From the NCBI RefSeq assembly GCF_009914755.1, contig NC_060934.1: 64,000 bases of DNA. One strand, given 5' to 3'. This DNA comes from the human T2T-CHM13v2.0 reference genome, Homo sapiens. Below the pieces are notes generated by a model. It was given only the letters and a program-made list of their open reading frames with translations. It had not been told where the DNA came from and did no database searches. Of this stretch, positions 43,525-58,269 are shown in pieces. A program made the position numbers and the translations under genes. The number at the start of each line of letters is the position of its first letter. Positions within the stretch are counted from its first letter, which is position 1.

Positions 43525-44299
43525 GTATTCATTTTAGTTAAACCCTGCATAAATTTCAGTCTGTTCTTAGCCACGCTGTCCCATGCCAAAGGGCATTTCA
43601 CAGCCATGGTGTTATTCTTTCTCAAGCCTCTCTGCTTTTATGGTCATTTTCTCACCTATTGGAAATCCCTGGATGTATCAAAGGGGATCTATTGCCTTGA
43701 ATTGAGAGCTGCTCTAAGAACAGTCTGGCTACACCCAAGCTCTGTATTGTGTAGTGTTCAGTAATTCATTACTCTTGCTTTGCTTTTCTGATTTGCCAAG
43801 AGTTTAATTGTTCATTTTGTGGTTCCAACGGTTGTTTCATTGCCTTGCTTTTCTATATAATTATTATAAAGACACCACTTTAAAATATCAAACCTCTCTA
43901 AATGACATCCCATCCATCTCCGAGTTTGAGCCATAAGCCTAATCATCTCAGGGAAAGAGACCACAGGTAGAGAACAAATAGGGCATTTCCCAGCTTCATG
44001 TCCTAAGGATGACTTCTTTTTTGAATTGAAAGAGAGAGACAGACAGACAGACAGAGAGATTTGAGTGCCAGGATTTCTTAAGAGATCAGGGATTTTCAAA
44101 TGCATGCATTATCTATTAATATATAATAGGACCAGTTATTACAAATTACCTAGTGAAGAAAGTTTTGTACTGATAGAAAGCGAGTAAAGGAAGCCTGCCC
44201 TATCTGGCTATGGTAGGTGATGATCTATTGCAGTTGGTGGAGTGGAACAGAAAAAAAAACCAAACAACTTTAGTTTTGGGGTAGGGACAGAAATATATC

Positions 44300-45850
<1,551 letters not shown>

Positions 45851-45949
45851 CTTCACTGATTCAATAAATGAGTCAATAATACTAATGTGATAACAAGGTA
45901 AGTCAAGTAATATGTTTCAACAGTCATGTATTCTAGAGTAATTACTTTC

Positions 45950-47260
45950 TTTTTTTAAACTTAATGCTAAATATTCTTTCTTGAGTACTATTATGAATTC
46001 GTGAATTTTTCTATAAAACCTATTTCACATATATATCATTTTCTTTGATGTTCTAATTGTTTTATCCTAGCCAATGTTTAATTGTTTTAGCTGTTTATTG
46101 AGTCCTTTGGACCCAGCTTTATAATATGAAAATTTTCTTTCTTTCTGACCTGATAAGGTATCCCAGACTTATATTATACCTTCTGTGCATCAGACACAGA
46201 ATCAGTCATTTTTCCCAAGGATTCTGGGTACATGTAATGGAAAATGGTATTAAGGACCAAATTCCAGACCCTAGAGGAAGAGATCCAGTTTGTATTGAAG
46301 GTGTTAGATTACTCCCAGGCCATTTCAGTGGGCAGAGCTAGAATATATCTATATCTTCACCTATTTTTAACTTTTTATACTTTTTTTCTAAATTAACCAA
46401 GTGTTAACATTTGGCCACATTTATCACTCTATTTTATGTGTACATACATTAATTAATATTAATAGTGTCAATATTATTAAGCTGAACTTAATGAGATATT
46501 AAGTTACAGAGACCATAAACATTAATCCCTAAATACTTCAGTATATACTTCTTCAGAATAAGAACATTCTTTTACATTATTAGACTATAATAAAATCCAG
46601 GAAACTTAACATTGACATACTACTTTTATCTATGGTAACTTCCATGTTTAAGTTTTTCAAAATGTCTTAACAATATCCTTCATAGCAATTTTTTTCATAA
46701 TTCAAGAGCCAGATCAGGATTATGCATTGTATTTAGTAATCATGTACTTTGATCTCCTTTAATCTGGAACAATTCCTGAACCTTTCTTTGTTTTCTTGTC
46801 ATTGGCAGTTTTGAAGAATGAAAGCCAGTTATTTTGTAGCTTGTTTTTACATTTGGGTCTGCTTGATTGTTTTCTCATGTTTAAATGGAAGATTATACAT
46901 TTTGATAGGAATTTTACATTAATGATGACATAATTTTTGGTGCATCACAAATAAACCTGGTTCCCATTATTGGTGATGTTAAGGTGAATCAAATTCAGTT
47001 AAGGTGGAGACTACCAGATTTCTTCCCTGTGGTTCCTGTGTTCTTCTCTGTAGTTAATAATCTCTAAGGAGATACTTTGAGATTATGTAAAAATCCTGCT
47101 CCCCTTAAACTACCAACCAATAGCTTTAGCATCCATTGATGGACTTTTTTTCACAAATAATTACCATGATGGTTGCAAAATGGTAGGTTTTCTAACTCTG
47201 TGATTCCTTCTGCATTTATTAATTGACATTCCATTGAAAAGAGATTTTCATTCCTGCTTC
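45950..47260 (-). mobile_element. Antisense L1ME/L1MC 3'UTR relics
   Basis: atccctaaatacttcagt..., aagccagttattttgtag..., gagatactttgagattatgtaaa. Confidence 0.7.
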
Positions 47261-47802
47261 CCCCACCCCTTGCTTTTCCTCCTTGCTTTTCTTTAGTATG
47301 AATTTAAGAAAGTGATACATTCCCTCAAGAGGGTTTAGCCCAAGTTCATCTCTCTTGGACCATGGAATACCTCACCAGTCACTGAAAGCCTCATGTCTTT
47401 TGACTGTCGGAGATTCTACATGAATAATCCTTGGACATGAAGCTATGTGTATCAAATCTATGCTTCTCTTCTGGGGCATTAGGGAGTGGCGAGTTATGTA
47501 ATTCTAATGTTAAATATTCAAGACATACACTAATAAAACCAGCACAATAGTAAGAGGGCTATGTATATTTGGAAATATTCTTGTTTTATAAATAATTGGC
47601 ATGGTAAACAATTATGTTGCTCACTGCAAGGCTGTTTCCATGCCAATGAACAAGTATTTTATTCTCTTTTCATTTTCTTCTTGACGATTTTAAAAAGTAC
47701 TCTGCCTTGAATTTGGTTGTTGCTGTTAACTCTTCCGTAGACATTAGTTTGCAATACACACCTAAAATATGAGTTTAAGAAAGTCTGAATATATTTTAAG
47801 CA

Positions 47803-48165
47803 TGCAGTGGATGTTGTGGTCAATAGTCAGGCACCCCTACCATCCCCACCACTCCCCAGCTCTCAGTGGCATCCTCTCTGGGAATTGCCCTCAGCTGAGC
47901 CGTCTACCTTCCTTCCTGGAACAGCCTATAGAGGAGGAGGACTTGACAAGGTGGAACCATACTGACTAACTCAAGTCAGGAGAACTCTAAAGGGCCCTCC
48001 CAGCTCCAGAGCTGCCTGTGGGGTTGTACCACATCTCTGCTTCTCCCACAGCCCAATCCTATTTCCTTCACTTTTCCCACAGGTGTTGGGGCCCAGGGCC
48101 CTCCTCAACAAATGACTGTACGTAAATCTCCATTTCAGTCTGTTTCCCAGGGAAACTGACCTTAG
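47803..48165 (+). mobile_element. ERVL solo LTR (LTR16-like)
   Basis: gggaattgccctcagctga, cccagctccagagct, aaatctccatttcagtctgtttcccagggaa. Confidence 0.75.
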
Positions 48166-48679
48166 TTAGCTTTTGAAGAACCAGATCTGAAAAACAGTCC
48201 TATTAATATTTTAGTATGTTTTTGTATGTCGCTCAGAAGCCTATTTTATTTACCTGATTACAGGAAGAGATAACTGGGGTTTGAATTTTTGTTTGTTTGT
48301 TTTACATCACAATAGAAGAGTATTTTCGGAAAATGTGAAAATAAATACAACTCCAAACTCAGTTTTAAAAAGGGTTGCCAGTGTAATATTATATTTAGAA
48401 ACTAAAAGGTGTTCTCTATGTATTCTTTTTTTAAACTTCTAAAAACAGAGCAATAAACATTAGAAAAATAATTTGTGAAAGAAAGAGACAGAACTGAAAG
48501 TAAAGTTGTAGAATTGGTGGCAATCAGCTAAACGTTATCACTATTCAGGTTCAAGTACGAAAAATACTTTAAATAAAATATATATGTTTAGTTTTTTTAA
48601 TTCTAGGATTCACACTGCTCTACAATTTAACCACCAGGTAGGAAAGTAACTAATGAAATACTGACTATTAAGAAGGATG

Positions 48680-48880
48680 TCCTACTTTATACAAATACAT
48701 TTAATTTCCCAACTATATCATGAGGTAAACATTATTATTCCGATTTTATGGAAAAGAACACGGAGGTTCAGAGACATTAAGTAATTTTTTCAGGTCACCA
48801 AAAGAGTAAGTGGTGGGAATCCCAATTCAACTCAGATCTGCCTGATTTTAGAATTCACGTTCATGATCTAACTCCACAGG
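48680..48880 (-). mobile_element. MIR SINE
   Basis: attattattccgattttatgg...gaggttcagagacattaagtaa. Confidence 0.8.
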
Positions 48881-49404
48881 GTGTGGTTTCTGGCTTCTAA
48901 ACTTAAGAATGGGCTGGACCAGACGACACAGTCTGGTTCTGGGATGACAATGGGTGAGAATTTTGACTTTGATTAGTCTGGAGCAGCTTTTATTTAGGTT
49001 TGCCCCAGTGGCAAGGTGCAGAAGATGTTGAGATAAGTGTTCAGGCGAGCGGATGTAGCAGCTGGCGCCTTCCTTATTTTTTGTGGAGACGTGCTAGAGG
49101 CTCCAAGGGCTGGGCAAGCTCTGAAGGAGATATTTGCCTGGTTGGAGGTGCATCAAACTGTGTGCTTGCTGCCTTTATACCACCAGTCATGTTGGCATTC
49201 AGCAAGCATAGACAACTTGTTCTACTAATTATGGCAGTAATTCCACCACTGACGAGACCATGTTGATGTTCTGAACCTCAGAATTCTCTGCCAACACTGG
49301 GCATTATACCCTCATCTCTCTCAAGGTCTCAGAGGGAAGGAAGTTTCTACATGTGTCCACTTGGACTAGCCTGTCCATAGCCTCCCTTAAGAAGGCAGGA
49401 CTCA

Positions 49405-49570
49405 GACTGGACATGGTGGCTCACACCTGTAATCTCAGGACTTTGGGAGGTTGAGGTGGGAGGATTGCTTGAAGCCAGAAGTTTGAGACCAGCTTGGGCG
49501 ACACAGTGAGACCCTGTCTTACCAGCCCCCGTACCCCTCCCCAATAAACAAATAAATAAAATAAATAAAT
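49405..49570 (+). mobile_element. FLAM-C-like Alu monomer
   Basis: Left monomer with (aaat)n tail; perfect 16-bp TSD taagaaggcaggactc. Confidence 0.9.
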
Positions 49571-50125
49571 AAGAAGGCAGGACTCCTAGCCATTTGGCTA
49601 AACTGTCACCTCTGTAACTACAGTTCAAAGACTTCATATGCCAAATGGAGTATCTGTATAAATAAGTGATTTAAGTTACTTAGAACAATAATTTTTTGTC
49701 AAATTTTATTATGTGAGGATAATTAAAATACATTAATTAAAATTAAAACACATTAATTAAAATATATTAATCAGTCACAATGGCCCAGTGCTAAGAAGAT
49801 AAATTCACATAAATTTTAAAGTTTTAAAATGTGGGTGTAATAACATATCATCATATGATTTAATGTGCAAGGGAAAAATTGTGAATATATTTAGATTATT
49901 CCTTGGTCTAGAACTTCGTCAAAATAAAGTGGAGATCTGAGGCAAGTGAGGACACAAAGAAAGTGAAGATGCCTTAGTACTGTGTTTCATACATAGTTGT
50001 AACCTACCTTTAGAGATAGTAAAGCAAAAAATTAGAATGATTTAGATTGTTTAGCTGGGAGAAAATAAAACAGATGGTATTCTGTTCTTAATTTGCAATG
50101 TTAAGAAAGGTAGAAGAGCATACAT

Positions 50126-50401
50126 CTTTTTTTTTTTTTTTTTGAGACGGAGTCTCATTCTGTCACCCAGTCTACCAGGCTAGAGTGCAGTGCCGCGATC
50201 TCGGCTCACTGCAACTCCTCCCTCCCGGGTTCAAGTGGTTCTTCTGCCTTAGCCTTGGGAGTAGCTGGGACTACAGGCAAGTGCCACCATGCAGGGTTTC
50301 ACTATGTTAGCCAGGATGGTCTCAATCTCCTGATCTCGTGATCCGCCCACCTTGGCCTCCCAAAGTGCTGGGATTACAGGCATGAGCCGTCGTGCCCAGC
50401 C
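50126..50401 (-). mobile_element. AluS-type element lacking its central linker
   Basis: gtgccaccatgc joined directly to agggtttcac; TSD agcatacatctttt. Confidence 0.92.
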
Positions 50402-50649
50402 AAGCATACATCTTTTAAATCCACAATCTTTCTTTCCATTCCTCAGCAGAAATTATGCTTAGAACATAGGAAAAGGGACTCAACTGGTAAATAAATGATC
50501 AGGCATGATTATTTTTATTCTTAAAATTCTTTCCTTGTTATAAAAGTAACGCACAGCATGTAGAAAGTTAGGAAAATATTGACCAACATGAAAAGAGAAT
50601 AAAGGTTGCTCAGATGCTACTCAACAAAAGATAATTAACATTTTGGTGT

Positions 50650-51230
50650 ATTTCTTTTTTTTCCTATCTTTTCAATTTTGATTAGGTAATACATTCACAT
50701 GGTTCAAAAATTCGAAGTTACAAAAAACATACCCAGTCACCTAGGCATGGAGTTCTGCCACCTGGAAACAAGCAATGTATATTTCTCATGTATTTTTCCA
50801 AATCATTCCAGAGCTAATGTGTGTATGTAAAAACAGATACATGTAGTTTTCCCTTTTTCTTTTTTTCAGAAACTATAGCATACTATACACACTGTTGTGC
50901 AACTTATTATTTTTTACTTAACCATAAATCTTGGAGATTTTTCATATCAATCTACAAAGGACTTTCTCTCTCTCTCTCTCTCTTTTTTTTTTTACTTCTG
51001 TGTATCATCCAGTTGTATAGATATATCAGGATTTATCTGAGAAATTTCCTTTTCATGGATATTCATGGTTTTTTCCAGATCTTTTGCAATTACAAACAAT
51101 ACTACAATGAATTACCCTATTCCTGTGCCATTTTTCACCTGTATATCTTTTGGATAAATTCCTACTGTGAAAATACTAGGTCAAAAAAAAGGTTGGCTAG
51201 ATTCTGCCAAATTGCCCTCCAGAAAGGTTC
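50650..51230 (-). mobile_element. Antisense L1ME-type 3'UTR relic
   Basis: aggtaatacattcacatggttcaaaa; ggataaattcct; gattctgccaaattgccctccaga. Confidence 0.65.
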
Positions 51231-54200
51231 TAAATTATTTTCAATCCATATTTTCTTTTATAATTTATTATAATAAAAGGTATATGTTTATTATTTTACT
51301 TCCAGAGAAAAATTATGAGATCATGGAACTTTTCTCCCACTCACATCTCAATAAATGAATAAGATATAGAAATAGCATGTACACACAGAGAGTTATCAAA
51401 CTAGAGAGGAGCAAACACTTCTCTAAGAACTTGGAAAACTGTTGCCAGACACAGAGGGTTGTAGGAATTAATAGGCAAATCCTCAGTTGCTTATTCAGAA
51501 ATAGTGTTCATCATTTCTGTAGTCACCCATTCACCAAAGATTTATTGAATGCTTGCTACGTGCTGGAATACTAGACCTGTGATAGATTTTGCATATGCAA
51601 GAGTGAGAGAGAGAAAAAAGCAAGGGGAAGGTGTTGAGACAAAATTCTCCTCTGTGTTAACACCTCCACATTGGGGTTGAGCAGAGCTGATGGTGACAGG
51701 GTGTGGATAGGCAGCCCAGAAGGAAAGACACAGAAAGTTGCCCTGGAAATCCGCACCTCACGGCAGGGTGGTGGTGACTCAGCGAAATCCACACACAGTG
51801 CCAATCACATCGGTTTGTTTTTCTCTTGCTGGGAGGAAGATAGGAGAAGAATTGAGGTATAATATGAACTATCCCTAAACATTAAAAAGAAAAGTCTTGA
51901 CAAAATAAAATGGGAAAAAAATCAATTAAAACTGCTGGAAACATACTGGGTGCATAGAAAGTCCCACACGAAACCAGTCTTTCGTTGTCCACACAAATAG
52001 TGCCTTAGCCTGAACTAGAAGCCCTACCTTTGTCCTTTCCTTTTCCCCTTACTTAGCGAGGAAAAAAGCTTTGGTTATAAAGAGTGGACAGGAAACACTC
52101 CCTTAAGGCTAACAGCTTCTGACAGTAGCCAAAGTTTAGCAACACCTGAATTAGAGGCATAATCAGGAAATAGAGGCTTTCCCTTCCCCTAGCACCCCTT
52201 CCTCAAGTATCAGAACAGACAGAAGTACACCCGATCTAGAGGAATAAACTCTAGTGCAGGCAGAACACAGACCCCAGAACTATCCCAAGCCCAGCCACAA
52301 GTGAGATAAGACTATCAATCTCTCTGTTAAACAAGACATCTAGTAGAATTACACGCATTTATTCTTTTTATCATGCAGGTGAGGGTAGAAAAAAAATGCT
52401 AGCAATGTTCTGCTGCTTTGACAGAACAATCTTACGAGTATTCATAACATATAGGAACACAGAAACGTCAATCATGACATGAAGACAGCATCAGGCTACT
52501 GAGTAAGACGACTCATCAGAATCACAGGGCTCTTTGGAGATTACTTTTAAGGAAATGGCAAGGATTTCTAGAGCCTTTGTTCATATTTTCCTTCCAAGGA
52601 TAAATTTATAAGGCTAAAGAACAGAACTAGCGAGTATAGTTATAAATATTCACACGTCTCAATGCCACATCGAATCAGATTCTTTGGACTTGTTTTATGA
52701 CACAAAGACGGTCAGTCTTCTGTAGCTGCAGAGGAGAAAGCACATTTCCTTCCTCTGTCTCTTAGATTCTTTTTGTGAATTATGAAGATTTGCTTTTTTA
52801 AGAGCCAACTCTGGAATTTTACTTGTAATTTAAAGCAAAAAATCAGGCCTGTGGAGCTCAATATTATTTAGGGAAATGGAGAAAAAGATGAGCATGATTT
52901 TACTAAGTAACATAATAAGCTGAAACTTATTATGAAGGGAAGATGCCAACTTGCGCCTTGATAAGGAAGGAAGGGGAGAATTCACCTGTAGTATAATTGG
53001 AAAATTAGAGGGCCCAGATAACCAAATTGCTTTTAGAATAAAGAGCCTCGAAGATAAACTCTGTTACTCAAGATAAACAGGAATAATTTATAATAATGAA
53101 AGGTTCATTTCAACTGGTAGCTTTGGTAATTTTAAATTTGTATGCACTTAATAACTTAGCCTTAACAATTGACAGATGAAGAGAAATAGACAAATCCACA
53201 CTCATAATGTGGCATTTAATATAGCCACTCAGTAATTGATAGAGCAAATGGGAAAATAATTCCTAAAAATATGTATAATTTAAGCATCATGATTAATAAA
53301 CTTGATCTAATAAACATATATTGAATACTGCATGTAATAAGCACATTCACAGAAACTGACCATTTACTGGATTGTAAAGCAGGTGTCAACAAATGTCACA
53401 GAAATGAAATAATCATAAGCATATTTCTTAACAAAATACAAGTTAAACATCAGTACCAAAAAAAGACATCAAGAAAACCTTCATATGTTTGGAAATTAAT
53501 TAAATACACATCTAAGTATCTCAAGGGTTAAATAAGAAATTACAGTGGTATTAAAAAAATAGTTTGAACTGAGCAATAATGAAAATACTACCTAACAAAA
53601 CTTATGAGATTTAGCTAAAGCAACATTTAAAGGAAAAGTATATTACAGGCATATATTAGAAAAAAGCTAAAAATTAATTATTAAAAATTAATAATTCAAG
53701 AAAATAGAAAAAGAATAGCAAAACAAACAAACAAACAAAAACAAAACCCCAAAGCAACAAAGAAGGTGGAAGGAAGGACATGATAGAAATAAGAACAGAA
53801 ACTAATTAAATAGTTTCCATACACTATGGAGACAATAAAGCCAGAGTGATTCTCTAAAACACCTAATAAAATTAACGAACTTCTCGTGAGACCAAAAAAA
53901 AAAAAAAAAAGAGTGATAGCACAAACACACAAATAAATAATATCAAAAAAGAAAAAGAGAACGTTACTAAAAAAGTCAGAAATATTAAAAAAAAAGTCAT
54001 TTGAACAATTTTATGCCAGTAAGTTTGAAAATGCAGATGAAATGAACATATTCTAGCAAAGCACAATTTACACAAACTATTGAAATAGAAAAACAGAATG
54101 GTGCTAAAATCAGAATGGCCTTTCAATACATTTGAAGTATTGAATTAAGGAAAATTTCAGGCTTCGATAGCTTCACATTGAATTCTGGCAGTCAAGGAAC

Positions 54201-54410
54201 AAATAATTCTGATCTATTCTCATATTATACACAAACTCTGAGAGTAAAAAAAAGATAATGCTGCTAGTCTCATTTTATAAGGTTAGCATAAAGTTGATAG
54301 CAAGAGAGAAAAATTATAGGTCAATGTCACTCAAGAATATAGATAAAAAATTGTAAAAAAAATCAGCAAACTGAATCTAGCAATACATAAAAAGTATAAA
54401 GCAATATGAC

Positions 54411-54842
54411 TGTGGTAGCCAGTCTCTAAAATAGGCCCCAGTGTTCACCACCTCTGGGTCATCCCCTCCCACATTCTATTAGGTACGTGACCAACAGAAT
54501 ACAGTAGACATGATGGTATGTCACTTCTGAGATTTGGTTATTAAAGACATGGTGGCTTCTATCTTTATTAATTTCTCTCTCAGATCATTCACTCTGGGGG
54601 AAACCAATTGCCATGTCATAAGCAGCCCTGTTGAGAGGACCACATGATGAGGTGTAAGCCTCCTGCCAACTGCCATGTTGATGAGCTTGGAACTGCAGCA
54701 ATGGCTGACATCTTGACTTGAAACCTTACGTGAGACCTTCTGGATTCCTGACCCACAGAAGCTGCATGAGATAATAAATACTTGTTATTTAAGCTGTTGC
54801 ATTTTGGAGTAACTTGTTTTGGAGCAATAGATAACTAATATA
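54411..54842 (+). mobile_element. MaLR solo LTR (MLT1F-like)
   Basis: tgtggtagccagtctctaa...gcaatagataactaata. Confidence 0.8.
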
Positions 54843-55309
54843 TACAATAACTAACTTGTATTTGTTCCAGGAATGAAAACCTGGTTTGACATGAGAAAAA
54901 TCAACTAATGAATTCCGCCACATTAAAGGAAAAATTTATATGGTCATCTCAGCAAACATACAAAAGTGTTTGATGAAATTCAGCATGCATTGGTAATTTA
55001 TTTAAAAATTTTGCAAACAAGAATGAAAGAAAATGCCCTTAAAAGCAATGAAAATGAACAAACTAAAGCCTCATGCAACAATCATAAATGAAAAGAAATC
55101 AAAAGTAGGTGAAAATAAACTATGTTGTTTACAGATTCATACATAGGTGGCAAACCATAAAGACAAGCAAGGAATTGGCCATCACGTGCGTCAGGATAGT
55201 GATGCACATGGAAGTAGGAGGCAGGTGTTATGGCTCACAGGCAGCTTCTAAACTTAAGACACTGTTCTGAATCTTGACCCGACCAGTAATTACACAGGTG
55301 CTTGTTTTC

Positions 55310-55622
55310 CTTTTTTTTTTTTTCCTGAGACAGGCTCTCCCTCTGTCACCCAGATTGGAGTGCCGTGGTGTGATCATGGCTCACTGCAGCCTTGACGTCC
55401 TAGGCTCAAGTGATCCTCCCACCTCAGCCCTTCAGCCTTCCAAATAGCCAGGCCACAGGCACACGCCACTGTGCCTACCTATTTTATTTTATTTTATGTT
55501 TTAATAGAGATAGAGTCTCACTATATTGCCTAGCCTCATCTGAAACACTTAGGTTCAGGCAATCTATCTGCATCAGCCTCCCAAAATGATGAGATTACAG
55601 GGGTGAGCCACCACATCTGGCT
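55310..55622 (-). mobile_element. AluJ-type element
   Basis: gatcatggctcactgcagccttgac. Confidence 0.9.
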
Positions 55623-56741
55623 CAGGTATTTGTTTTCTAATTATTATTTAAATCATACATATAGGAGCTATGCACTTTTTTCTAAGGGTATTATCTTTCA
55701 ACAGTAAAAAAAAAGTTAATGATGCAGAAAAATAACACTTATTAATGTACCATATTAACAGATTAAAGGTGAAAAACCCATATTATCTCAATAGACACAG
55801 GAAAAGCATTTGATAAAATAAAAGCTATTATTTTAAATTTAAAAAGACAGTAAATTAGTACAGAAGAAAGAAACATTCTTAACCTACTAAAAGGTATATA
55901 GCAAAAAATCTACAGCATACATCATATTTAATGATAAGACATAGGAAAAATTCCCTTTAAAATTAAGTATGAGGTAAGAATAGCTTCAATTATTGCTTCT
56001 CTTTCATCTTGGGTGACAGGAATAACCTTTGTGGTAAGACAAGAAAAATAAATAAAATGTATAAAGATTGGAAAGAATGTAAAACAAAACAAACAAACAA
56101 ATCCTGACATTATTCATAGATGTCTACAAAGAAAATCCAAGAAATATCAACAGGCAAATTATTAGACTTAAAAAGTGAGTTCAATAAGGTTATTCTATTT
56201 AAGTCAATTATTTTTTAAAAAAAAAATCAGTGATATTTTTATATACCGGCAACAAATGGAATCTTTGAACGAAATACAAAAAATATACTTATTAATAAAT
56301 ATTAAAAACAGATGTGTAAGAATGTTATGGCCTAAATAAATTTGGGAATAGGAAAACTCAGTAATAATGTCAATTATCTCTCAATTAATAAAATACAATA
56401 AAGTTATAATAAAAAAGACACATCTTTTAGTAGACTCGAAAAGGAGATTATAAAATTTGTATGAGAGAAGAGAAAAGGGCCCCAAATAACCAGAAGAAAA
56501 CGGGAGCGACTAGAGATCTTGTTGTACCATATATCAAGACTCATTTTAAAACTGCATCAATTAAGACACTCTTCCTACACTGGACTGATTTTGACAGAGG
56601 TAGCATTGCAGACCAGTGAGCCGAGAATGGACTGTTTAATGAGTGGTGATGAAACACTTGATTTTTTCCAATTGTACAAATGTAATATTGAATTCTTATC
56701 TTCCATACATATAGTAATACAAAAATTATTTCCAGGGGGAT

Positions 56742-57218
56742 TGTATTAGTTAGGGATCTCCAGAGAAATAGAACCGATAGTGCATACACACCACACACAC
56801 ACACATACATATCTGGTGGGAGAGAGAGATGATAAGGCATTGGCTCACACAATTATAGAGGCTAAGTCTGAAATCTACAAGATGGGGTGATGATGTGGGA
56901 GACCCCAGGGAAAGCCAACGTTTCTATTTGAGGGCTGTCAAGCAGGAAGAGCCAATGATGCAGTTGGAGTCTGAAGACCATCAGCTGAAGAATTTTTTCT
57001 TTCTTGGGGGAGGATTGGTCTTTGTTCTATCCAGACCTTCAACTGATTAGATGAGGCCCACCCTCATTGGAAAGGCAATCTGCTTTACTCAAAGTTCATG
57101 GATTTAAATGTTAATATCCTCCAAAAACACCCTCACAGAAACACCCACAAAAATGTTTGGCCAACTATTTGGGCACTCCATGGCCCAGTCAAATTGACAC
57201 ATAAAATTAACCATCACA
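56742..57218 (-). mobile_element. ERVL solo LTR (MLT2-like)
   Basis: tgtattagttaggg...ttgacacataaaattaaccatcaca, with internal (CA)n. Confidence 0.88.
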
Positions 57219-57285
57219 GAGGTTACATGGAATCTAACATATAGGAGGATACCTTTATGACCCTTAGGTAGAGAGAGTTTTCGTA

Positions 57286-57643
<358 letters not shown>

Positions 57644-57936
57644 TAAAAATGTAAAAAATTTAAATTCCAGTATTTAAAAAAGAGTGAAAAGACAAGCCAC
57701 AGAAACATCCCAAACTCAACGTTAGCATCTGCTTCTAGAGAGCTCATCCTATAACATGACCTCTTTATATAAAGTTTCATGCAAAACAATATACTGTATT
57801 GTTTATAGAATATAATTCAGAATAGTGGTGGTGTGTTGGGTAGGAGATACATTTTGGGAGGAGTTGTCTAGGACTTCAAAAGCATTTGTAATACTTTATT
57901 CCTTAAGCCAATGGTAGGTGTGGGTATGTATTATGT

Positions 57937-58269
57937 CAGGGCTCCCCAACCCCAGGGCCATGGGCCAGTCCAGTCCATGGTCTGTTAGGAAGAGGGCCAC
58001 ACAGCAGGAGGTGAGTGGCAGGTGAATGGGGAGCCAGCGAGCATTACTGCATTTTCTCTGCCTCCTGTTGGATCAGTGGTGGGATTAGATTCTTATAGCA
58101 GTGGGAACCCTATGGTGAACTACACATGTGAGGGATCTAGGTTGTGCGCTCCTTATGAGAATCTAACTGATTCCTGATGATCTGAGGTGGAACAGTTTCA
58201 TCCTGAAACCATCCTCCCAGCCCCTACCCAAAAACTGGTCCCTGGTACCAAAAAGGTTTGGGACTGCTG
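57937..58269 (+). mobile_element. MER1B-like hAT-Charlie MITE
   Basis: cagggctccccaaccc...aaggtttgggactgctg termini; gagggatctaggttgtgcgctccttatgagaatctaa. Confidence 0.88.

Noticed and set aside
49080-49262. Minus-strand peptide LVSGGITAIISRTS resembling a mitochondrial-carrier helix (LLAGGIAGAVSRTS)
   Set aside because: The signature PxD/ExxK motif does not follow and similarity stops after about 14 residues; likely chance. A TBLASTN against SLC25 proteins would settle it.
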